Shown here one piece after another: positions 41,601-51,605 of a stretch of DNA of 64,000 nt (position 1 is its first letter; every line of letters starts with the position of its first letter). Made by a program: the position numbers and the translations under genes. This DNA comes from Bigelowiella natans CCMP2755. Its lineage: Eukaryota > Protista > Cercozoa. Where the stretch lies: assembly GCA_000320545.1 (NCBI GenBank), contig ADNK01001129.1:86237-150236 (forward strand). Reading direction: 5' to 3'. A model generated the notes under the pieces. That model was not told the DNA's origin. It was given only the letters and a program-made list of their open reading frames with translations, and made no database searches.

Positions 41601-43039
41601 ACTGCTTTTGATAATAAAATGATGACAATGATTGAAATAATAATAATAATAATTTTATCCTTTAAGGAATAACATTGCTAGTAACGGTGATTGTGATGAT
41701 GATAGCCAAAGCTGTCAGCACTCCTCTGATTCCTCTTCTCGTTCTGGTCGGTTATTCCAGGTATATGCCCCATCCATCAATGCAAAGCGTGCAGCACCTG
41801 GAGCTGTACGAGTTCGTAGGTCGGCTCATGGGGGTGGCTATGCGCACTCACATCATCATGGCTCTGGATTTGTCACCAGTCGTTTGGAAGCAGCTCACGG
41901 GCGAGGAGCTAGGCCTGGAAGATCTCCGTCGCATCGACGAGGCGCTTGTGAAGAACGTGTTAGAGCCACTGCTGCCAGGTGGCGCATCAAACCCCCATGC
42001 ACTCGACCGGAAGGCGTTCCTGCAGCAGCATGGCGAGTACATGGCCATTCCGCTCACAAGGAGCGATCAGTCCCCGCTAGTGATGCTGCCTGCTGGTGGT
42101 AACGAACGATCCTACTCATGGCACCGGCGAAGGAGAAGGGTCGGCGATAAGCTGAAGACGGAAGGCGATGTTCTTGAGGTTCACAGGCATCAAGATTCTA
42201 CTTCCGCCACCAATCTGGAGTCGTCCATCTCCGATTCCTCCTCGTTGAATGGCAGCAGCACCACCAGTGGTAGAGGTATCATCAAGATTAGGTTTGATGA
42301 TCGGGAGAGACTTGTGCCGCTGCTTGTCAGATCACGCCTGGAGGAGACACGGCTGCAAGTGGAGGCGATGCAGCGCGGACTGGGCTCTATTATCCCCGAG
42401 CAGTTGATGTCACTACTAACGCCTGAAGAGCTAGAGCAGAAAATCTGTGGCACTCGTGATATCGACGTGGAGCTGCTAAAGCGTCATACTGAATATGGAC
42501 CAGATGTAGACCCAAACGCACCGCATATTCGTTACCTATGGAAGATACTTCGAGAGTTCTCGCAACACCAGCTAAGACGATTCGTCAAGTTTGCGTACGC
42601 TCAGGAACGCCTCCCGTCTACTGACGACGGCTTTAACTACCCCAAGATCAGGATGTTAGTCAAGTCGAGCCGCTACGCCAGCAGTAGCGCAGGAAGCAGC
42701 GATGGAAAACAGGGGGGACGCCGTGCGCGTCAACAGGACGACGCGTTGCCACATGCTGATACATGTTTCTTCAACATCGAGATACCAGCTTACAGTTCCG
42801 AAGAGATCATGCGACAACGACTTACAACAGTGGTGGATATGGACTGGGGTATGTCTGGAGATGACATCGGCGTTGACCACACGCTCACATCCATGCTGAG
42901 TGCCCCCGTTGGCGCCGCTGCGTCATCATCATCACAGCAACAGCGGCAACAGCTATCTCATAGAACAAGGGGCTCAGGAATCCGCACCCTAGGTCCACAG
43001 ACGCCTCCACGGACGCCAAGTAGAAACAATTCAAATTAA
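18323..43039 (+). CDS. Giant multidomain HECT E3 ubiquitin ligase (HECTD4/HERC/MYCBP2-like N-terminus), multi-exon
   Basis: A continuous chain of + strand exons joined by GT-AG introns. The N-terminus has LLGLALQRGSLRHIL and FIHNSYGLIKVGTGSNGTIRGQIY. The C-terminal HECT has GEQVLGQAGPYRAFF, LFMPTPN, LYEFVGRLMGVAMRT, FVKFAYAQERLP and the catalytic motif LPHADTCFFNIEIPAYSS. Stop at 43039. Not every internal junction was checked. Confidence 0.88.
20545..20705 (+). other. Tudor-knot/chromo-barrel (PHF20/MBT-like) domain 1 of the HECT ligase
   Basis: VGQKVDAKDSVNKWCPATVVQVSPCRVLLHYDGWSSKWDEWFEIDSARL, with the aromatic-cage pattern HYxGWxxxxDEW. Confidence 0.8.
21058..21725 (+). other. WWE domain of the HECT ligase, split by a low-complexity insertion
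   Basis: VQWSFLN...[S/P-rich insert]...KWRPYPPHIITQIERMYQ...FVIDLSSMAQVDLVTGHRTRIRR follows the WWE consensus. Confidence 0.8.
25451..25800 (+). other. CUB-like beta-sandwich of the HERC2/HECTD4/ZZEF1 type
   Basis: VIESSHPY...IPGALYMTIEFDERC...NWP...LVRVRGNSLSFFW...SWGFRCTVYG. Confidence 0.7.
28590..28790 (+). other. UBR-box-type zinc finger (UBR4/UBR5-like)
   Basis: CLSAVTGGNFVQMEVYECLDCGLSNGECCCAICARRCHAGHRIKFKRRSKAFCDCG. Confidence 0.85.
32690..33910 (+). other. SPRY domain with acidic/low-complexity insertions and an embedded second Tudor-knot (about 33270-33450)
   Basis: SPRY motifs YYFEV, IGIGL, GDVIGCLWN, TISFTRNGKSLGPAF, LFPAVTL and VNFGQTPFFY surround LVDIKDSVGKWEPATII...VHYIQWDSRYDEWVDRSSDRL. 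Confidence 0.8.
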
Positions 43040-44500
43040 ATTTGATTGTCACATTCTGTTGATTTGTGAGAACCCAATCCAGTCACATGTATGGGGATGA
43101 GATTTGAATTCTGAGATCTCTTGAGGGAAGGTGCAATGAAAACAATCAGATGCCATCAGTGCGTCTAGACGTAGCTAGGCAGCATTGTTCGCATCGTGCA
43201 ACACCTGAACATTTCAGTTTCGCATCATCAACTAAACCTGCATGAATGAAAACATCATGAAGCTCAATTTGTCATTGAGCAGGCATTGTTAGCATGCTGT
43301 CTCGTTGTCTAGGTGTTCGATCCAAGAATGCAAATGGTGATGACATGTCATCAATCTAGCAATGCGCGTGTGCGCATGACTGCTAGACTGGTGGTGCCTC
43401 ATCTCTACACCCAGCTAGCCAGACGTGCCATCTAGCCATCTCTAGCATCTGATCCATGCAGATCCAGTGATGGGCAATGCTGGAATGACGCCAGCTGGGA
43501 CGGGCGTCACAACCTGCTAGCCTGGCAACCAACACAACCAGCAGCAACCCGCTAGCCCGACAAACACTCCTGCAGCTAGACATCTAGGTGGGTGCAGCAG
43601 CATGCAACGCGACACCACATCGCAACTGACGCTTGAAAACTTTCGAACGCACGCTCCAGCTAGCGCTGTCGCCAGGCTGGCAGGCTGGCATGCTCGTGCT
43701 AGCGTGAAGCCGATTTTCAGATTTGGCGATGTTGCAAGTTTCTTCTGGTTGTGAAATCAGCATGTCGCCAGATCGATTGCACGAAGCTGGCTAGCTGGAC
43801 TAGAAAGGCTGCAATGATGACGTTTGCCATCAAATTGCACTCCGCATGCACTTCCATTGTGCACTCGCGCACAGCTAGACAGCCAGCCACCCGCTAGCCC
43901 GCCAGCTAGCCAGGCCAGCAGGCAGGCAGTCTCACTGACGTTGCAGTGCGGTGCGATGCGGTCGATCCTGTCGCGCCACAGCTAGCTGGACGCACGCCAG
44001 CACGGGCTCCATGGACGGCTAGACGGTTGATCGAGCCAGCTGGCTCTGGGCCAGTTGAGGCACACGCAAACCTTGTTGAGCAATTGTTGTTGAGCAGGCT
44101 GAGTGCTGGGCACTCGTCACGGACTTGCGCGTTTGGAAGCACAGCTAGACAATCAAGAAATCAGTACAACCTTCGAGCGTTTGGAGTCATCCAGTCACGT
44201 CTCGTCCAGTGCGTGCATTGCAGTGGAGGGTGCAGGTCTCACTGGAGGCCAAGAGGGCGCGAGCAAAGAAGAAGTGTTCCATTGTGACATTGAGGCTTCT
44301 CGCAGATCATCTTACCCTTGCGACAAGCGAAAGTTGGAACTTTGTTCAGTCCATGCTAGTACACACAAAAGACTTTTTCCAGATGATCTCTCGATTTTGG
44401 ATTTCCGTGGCTTGCCTCAAAAAACAAAGTTGTGTGACAGCCAAGATAAAAACGAATGGCTTTCCCCTTTTGCGTCAAGGGGAATCCTTGTCGCACACAA
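43040..44500. other. TpA-depleted, CTAG-retaining intergenic domain
   Basis: Manual count for 43261-44160: 22 TA dinucleotides, of which 20 are in CTAG. Confidence 0.9.
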
Positions 44501-44649
44501 ATTATGCAGGTAGGTCCTCTTCCCCGTTGCCTATTTTTCTTCCGGAAGCAGTCATCATGAGACAGTGACACGTGACATGAGGTGCAGCTCATGAGATCTC
44601 AAAGGACTGTGTAACCACACTACGAGCAATAGAGCTGGCGTCGAGGACA

Positions 44650-47600
44650 ATGGGGTCTTATGTAGATCCTTACGGGCCATCGCCTGCCGGCTCCTTTGAA
44701 TATTATGCTGGAAGGAAGAGAAGGAGCGAGAGCTCTTACAACGTTTACAACCACGAAACCAAGGGGCGCGGTCATCGACCTGCACGTAAGACAAACGAGA
44801 ACAATGATGATGCGGATAAAGCTAGAAGAATCTACGGGACATGGGGTAAGCTCTTAGAAGTTGATATTCTCTTGATAAAATTAATTTAACTGTAAATAAA
44901 AATCCTATTTCCTCAGATGGCGTCTTCGTCGGGAATTTGGTGAAATACACTGTTACATAGCCCATCTTTGCTGTAATGTGGCGTCCATAGTTTCCCCTGC
45001 ATTGAGAACACGGTGTTTAAAATCTAAAACAGGTACAAGTATTTGGTACCATTCTGTTTCTTCGTATCGGTTGGATGGTGGGAAACGTGGGCGTTGTACA
45101 ATCGCTCATGATCGTGTATCTCTCTGGTGCAGTGGCCATGCTAACGACGCTGTCAATGTCTGCCATATGCTCGAATGGGAAGATTAAGACTGGGGGTGCT
45201 TATTATGTGCTGAGTCGAGTTCTCGGCTTGAGAAAGGGTGGGGCGATCGGGATTCTGTACGCGTTCTCCCACTGCTTCGGGATTGCGCTCTACACGGCCG
45301 GTTTCGCTGAGACATTGCAGACCACTGTGGGCACGGAGATATCCCACGATGATGTTCGCCTCTACGGTTTTCTGTTGACCGTGGTGTGCCTAATCGTCGT
45401 TCGCTTTGGGTTCCTGTGGAAGACGACATTCAGCATACTGATCATCATCGCCGCCGCCTTGATGTTTGTCTTTGTGGGGACATTCATCACTCGGGACGAA
45501 GAAAGGGGAATCACGGGCTACCGTGAAGAAACAGCCAACAGCAATGTGTGGTCCAATAGATCCGTATCCGATTTCTTCCGCGTGTTCAGTGTATACTTTC
45601 CAGCTGCAACCGGCATCATGGGTGGCGCAAATCGCAGTGGAGAGCTAAAAAATCCCAGCATTAATATCGCGTACGGGACAATAGCTTCAGTGCTATGTAG
45701 CACAACTGTGTACGCTGTAATGTCTATCCTTGTCGGGTGTGTGGCCGTGAGTGAGGTGGATGGTAATTCGAAGCAAGGACTCAGGAACAACTTCCTCATC
45801 ATGGCAGATATGACTCCCTATAAGCCTGTGGTGATCGTGGGAATCTTTGTCGCAACGATGTCCTCAGCTCTGAGCTCGTTCGTAGGCGGCCACCGAATGC
45901 TGGTTGCCTTGGGTAGAGACAACATTCTTCCCTGGAGCAACTTTCTCCTGGTCAACGAGAATCGAACCTACCTAGTCGTTTTCTTCATCGGGGCCGCCGC
46001 CGTATGCATTGGCTCAATAGAGAACATCGCAAAGTTGTTCACGATGATCTACCTCTTGTTGTATTCGATCCTGAACTGCACCGTGTATTTGTTGGAATCC
46101 TCCAAATCTCCAGGCTGGCGACCTTCGTTCAAACATTATACTTGGTAATTACAGTATATAGTCCTATCCATCTCGGTAATTTTGTGTATTCCTATCCACC
46201 TCCGCAAGAGGAAGATGCAACAGCTGAGGAAGAGAGATTGCCTCTGTCTGAAAATGTTGACATGCCACATGCATATGTGTACTGATACTGATACTTCCTC
46301 ATCATCATTGTCACAAAAAGGTGGACTGGACTCTCAGGGTCGATCCTATGCGCTGCCATCATGTTAATCATCGATTGGGTGTTCGCGGTGGTTGCCTTTG
46401 CCTTACTCATTTTCCTTTACCGACTCCTGCGTACAGGCAGCTATAGCCGGATAAGAGGGATCGCACAAATCGCCACTAGGGAGCTCGACACCCTACGCAA
46501 TTTGCTGTACTTCCGAAAGGTGCCAAATGAAGCCACTAACTTTAGACCCCATTACCTGCTTCTCTGGAAAGGCATATGCAGCGGATGTGCAGAGCTCGAC
46601 TTTCTAGGATGCCTAGCCGAGGTAGGAGGAAGCGCTATCATCGTCGGGAGCATCATTACGACATTCGTAGGCAGGAAATCCAACTTCTTACGTAAAGTAA
46701 TGGGGAGAATGAATGGCACTGAAATAATTGATGAGGACAACAGTGATGATAGTGAGCTGAGCTCGAAAGAGAGCGGCGTGCGATCTCGGCGTGCTAGCAC
46801 AGGAGAAAGACGGGAGTCGATACAGCAGCAAGTCCCAATGCGCGTCTCGCATTTAAATCTCGTAAACAATGGCAAGGGTAGAGATAGTCAGTCGGGAGCT
46901 CATCCTGAAATTAAGCAGCAGCATGGAATTTCTAGGTCGGTATCAGACCCTGACATGAGGAATCTGACCAAGATCGTAAAGAACAGGGCGACATACAGTG
47001 TGCATGCTTCCCCCGAGAGGAAGGAAGTAGCCATCGAAATGGCGAGTTCTAAGGCGCCGTCGCCTTTTCTCAAAAACTATTCCGGATACATCGAGACAAA
47101 GGGCGGCATAGTCAACGTGAGCGGTTTTCCTTCCTCTTTTTCTTCTTCGTCCAACTTAGTGTTGATTTTTCCAGTATTGCATCTCTCCAAACTTACACCC
47201 GTACCTACCGCAACAACAAAAAAACACGACGGCCGTCCATATCTACGTTTCGAACATATTTCGTTGCTGATATAATCCAAAGGTAAATGGGTTTGAAGAC
47301 CGCGTTGAGTCGACGACATTCTACGAAGGCGCGTGGGCTCACGTGCAAACTAGCGGCATAGGACGATTTCGGCCAAATGTCGTGTTAATGCGGTTTCCTA
47401 AGGATTGGAAGAGCCTGAAGCACAATAAAAAGGTAGCGCGGTGATACATAAACAATGCAAAATAAGTGAATCAATAAATAAGTAAACAAATGTACACGAG
47501 GTGTGTTCCATTTGTATTGTAGGTTGAGTATCTACGGCTGATTCAGAAGTCCCTAGCTATAGGAAAGGGGTTGATGATCTCGAGCAACTTTCCTGACGGC

Positions 47601-48325
47601 TGGAGTACGTCACAAACGCGTCGCCTAGACGACTTACAAGAGTGAGTAGCCATATAACATATCACAATTTCATCCAGCGTTGCGTTGGGTTACGTTATAG
47701 ATTACCCTTGATCGTAACGTGGTCTGAATGACTCGTCTATTTTTCTTTTACCCTCCAATTCTATTCCCCCCACCCACCCACCCTCGTCTCACTCTCTCCC
47801 TCTTTCTGTTTTTCTTTCTCTTCTTCTACCAACGTCTCTAGTTCTTCACCCGCTTACCTTCATCTTTCTAACCCCGCCTTGTTTCTGTGATCAAATCTCA
47901 ACACTGTAAAGGAGATACATCGATGTTTGGTGGCTTACGGACGTCGGCGGGCTACTGCTTTTGATCCCATACCTTCTCAGCAAGCATCGCGAGTGGAAGC
48001 ACTGCAGAGTCCGGCTATTCACGGTGACAGATCACAAGCAAACGCTCACAGAGGAGCAGAGGGCCCTCACCCAACTCCTCTCCATATTGAGAATTCCGTG
48101 GGAAGGTGACAAATTATTACCATAGCTGCAACTGTTTGAGCCAGGTGCCAAAACTGAAGCCTCTTGTTTATTCCAGAAAACTTGGAGATCATTCCAATAG
48201 ACAAGTCTGCAAAGCCAGATCTGTCCCAATTTGCCACTTACCTCAAAACGAACGACACTAAGACCAAAGATGATCTTGAGCGCTGGGCCAAGGTAAGAAG
48301 AAAAAGACAGAGCTAGAGCTAGAGC

Positions 48326-48361
<36 letters not shown>

Positions 48362-48652
48362 CGGAGAATGGCCTCAGACTGTGTGTGATGATGACATGGG
48401 GAGGTTCTTATGGTTGCTATTGTTTTCAATGATGGCGTTTACCAGATTGCAGGGCTTCTACGTGAACGATCTAGCAACACTGAAATCGTGTTTGTAACTA
48501 TGCCGTTGCCGAGGAGAGTAAATACGGAGAAGTCGAATCGCCCGGATGTCTTCTCGACAAAGTTGGAGGTTCTAGCTTCGTCGGCTAATGCTCCGATCGT
48601 TTTCATCAGGGGTAATGGCGAAAACGTGCTTACGTTTAGCATGGAGAGGTAG
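44650..48652 (+). CDS. SLC12-family cation-chloride cotransporter, multi-exon
   Basis: YGTW|DGVF, FGTILFLRIGWMVG, LSMSAICSNGKIKTGGAYYVLSRVLG, FSVYFPAATGIMGGANRSGELKNPS, SPGWRPSFK, NFRPH, QTSGIGRFRPNVV, DVWWLTDVGGLLLLIPYLL and the C-terminal IVFIRGNGENVLTF. Confidence 0.93.
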
Positions 48653-50637
48653 TAGTCATTTGATCTCAACGCAAAACTAGAAAATGTGCGCTGGCGGCGT
48701 AATTCTTAGCGTATTCAGATTGCCAGAAACAATGATATTAGCATGTAAGGAAAGCATGCATGCATGTCGTGTCAGATCGAATTCAGAATCAATGAAAATT
48801 TGCAAATGGTCGCCACACCAGCAGGAGCGCGACTATGTGTGGCCATATACATATGCACCGAAAATGTGCGTGGTAGCGGAAAATGTGCGGAAGTCTTGAA
48901 TGTCCTGACTGAAACATTTCTAGGTTTCTAGCTTTGCTGCATGGGCGGCATCAATGTCTACTGGATGTGCACAGCATTGGTCAAGCTACAAGTTCAAAGT
49001 CTCATTGCCAACATCATCATTCATTAAAACCGGCTAGCTTCACATGTGAAACTGCTCGCACAATAAATTTGCAATGATACGATGGGGAACAAACGCAATG
49101 GGATTTGATGCCAAAATTTGTTGCTGTTCGTGTGGTGCTCTAACAACACACCGTCTGCTAGAGCATGCACAGCATCTCTTGCAACACTTGAAGACTTGTT
49201 TGAGTTCAACATTCGTCAGCCCCAGTTACGCAAGCGTGCGCGCACTGGCCGGATCTAGCAGATCCATCGCAACACAGCACACGCAAGCTAGCAAGTTGGG
49301 TGCATGTAATTGCGCGAAACAATGATGACTGGAAGCAATTCAAAGACGCGCATGATGACAGACATGCAATGACAGCCGAGACAACAAACGCGCACCGGTG
49401 CATCTAGCGGCATGCTGGCATGCAACAACACATGCTCATGCATGCACAGCGAATGAATGAGCCGTTTTGCATCCGCAGGTAATTGAGGCCAAACAATGCA
49501 AGCTGCGCACAACACCAGCAAAGCTAGATAGCACGCACATCGATCGCTAATGAACATCTAGCTACAGCTAGATGGCTACGATGCGCACTGTGCTAGCTAG
49601 ACATGCACAGCGCATGTATGTCCATGCTGTAAAGGTGTAATAATGACGTGTAACTGAATGACCAAGCTAGCTAGCAAGCTAGCAAGTCAGAAGTCACAAC
49701 CTCCATGTCCATGCACACATCAAGATGAAAACATGCTAGCATGCTGAAAGCTAGAAAGATGGTTGCCATGCTACGTACATGGCATACAGTCATCTAGAGT
49801 TCATCACATCTGCTGTACTACATGGCTACAGTCGTAGCATCCGTCCTGCGTCATGTGTGTGTGTGTGTGTGTGTGTGTGCGCTGCTGTGTAGCTATAGCT
49901 GGTGCGTGTGCGTGTGCTATAGTGCGTGTGCGTATGCATGTCTAGATGTACGTGGCACGTGACTACATGCATGACAATGTGTAAAAGACACATTTGTCAT
50001 GGTTGCGCCGACGGTTGAGAACGGCTATAGTTATGCCAAATGTGCGCACATGCTAGCATGGCTATGTCTAGATATGGTCAATCGATCCACCCGGTCCGAT
50101 CCAGCTAGATCTAGCTAGCTAGAGATACATGTGTCTAGCTAGCACATTAGTCCAAAGGAAATACAGCGTCTTGCGACTAGCATGGTAACATAAAATACGG
50201 AAAGCATATAAACATTCACACGTATTTGTCCATGTGGCATTCCTCCCTCGATGTGAAACAAATCCACAAACACCCCTCTTAAACGATCTATATCAATAAC
50301 TCCTTCAGCTGCACATAAAGGAAAAAAGTGAATATGATCAAAGTCCCACTGCGTATCCCTTGGAACTCATAATAACGGTACGTGGGTATTGTTGGGGGAT
50401 GCATTATTTATACATTCTAAATTAGTGAGGATTCTATAAAATTGTGAAAACTATTTAAAGTTCTCCAAATTTAAGAGACCCATTAGTTTCAAGAAACGTA
50501 AGCATTAGCCCTTCTAAATGATTGAAATCTCCCCCTCCCGTAGACACATAATTTGCATGTACATTGGTCTCATGCAATGCTGACACTCGATGGTATCAGA
50601 TAGCGTTGTTTATTTTAAATAAATTACATTGCATCAT

Positions 50638-51066
50638 CTACTTCTTTCCATCCTTCTTAGCAGCCTTTTTCTTTGGTGCGGGAGCAGCGGAAATAACTTT
50701 CTCGATCTCGACGACCTTTTTCTTAGCTCTCGTGTGTGTTCCGAGCCTATTCTTTGCAAATCTCCATGCACGCTTCTGGGGGTTGCTTCCACCTCCCTTA
50801 AGGATCTCCATAATACGGCGCTCGTAGGGAGCAAAGCCGACGCATTCACGGATGACGCTGCGAACAACTTTCACGCGCTTGCCCGGTGCATTCTGTTTTT
50901 AAGAAAAAGAGACGACGTCAGAACACCAATAACTCCATTCTTCGTTGTGAATATCAACCTTAATTTCATCCTTCTTCAGTCCCACAAACCATTTTCTGGA
51001 GGACTTATGAGTAGGTCGCTTCGTAACGATGAAGCCCTTGCCTGCTCCTACAGCGATTCCGGACAT
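50638..51066 (-). CDS. RPL36: 60S ribosomal protein eL36, coding exons 50959-51066 and 50638-50892, plus a probable 5'UTR intron
   Basis: MSGIAVGAGKGFIVTK...KRVKVVRSVIRECVGFAPYERRIMEILK...KRAWRFAKNRLGTHTRAKKK. The intron is GT-AG and keeps frame. Confidence 0.95.
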
Positions 51067-51605
51067 CTGTGGGATAGTAGGACGTTCGCGAAAGGTGTGA
51101 GATACAAACTATCACATAATCAATCCACAATGATTTGATAAGTAATAATCAAAATATAGCATATCAAAATGAACGATCTCCGTGCTAGGGTGGGACAAGG
51201 CAGGGTGGGGGGAGCCATCACGCTGCATCACCTTGTCGCACTAATTGTCCGTCTAATTCCCCGATCGAATTATATATTTAACTTTTCGGATACAGAAAGC
51301 AATGCTACGAGTATCACCTACAGACTCAAAATCATGTCGCATGATGAAAACCTACAGAAATTCAAAAAGTAATAATTGACATGTCGTCATAAATTATTCA
51401 TGGGATTTTGAACCAAAAATGGGAAAAACCGCCTCTGTCGGGGGGAATTCAAGGGCACAAAAAGGAGGAATAATTTTAGGTGAAAACAGGGTGTCGACCT
51501 GTCGGTAGAGCTCTCGTTCGATCAGCACATATCAGATCCGTCTCCAATCCCGACGCGACCGCCATAGCTCGCGCCTCTTGAGGCAAGGCCCAGCATCGGA
51601 GTGGA

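Noticed and set aside
43383-44592. Cluster of overlapping ORFs in the TA-depleted region
   Set aside because: Loss of TA removes TAA and most TAG stops, which lengthens ORFs artefactually. The products have no recognisable motifs and few tyrosines.
50330-50400. Hairpin downstream of RPL36 (CCCAC..CGTA/TACG..TGGG), a possible H/ACA RNA
   Set aside because: It is a single imperfect stem without a convincing second hairpin or H/ACA boxes.
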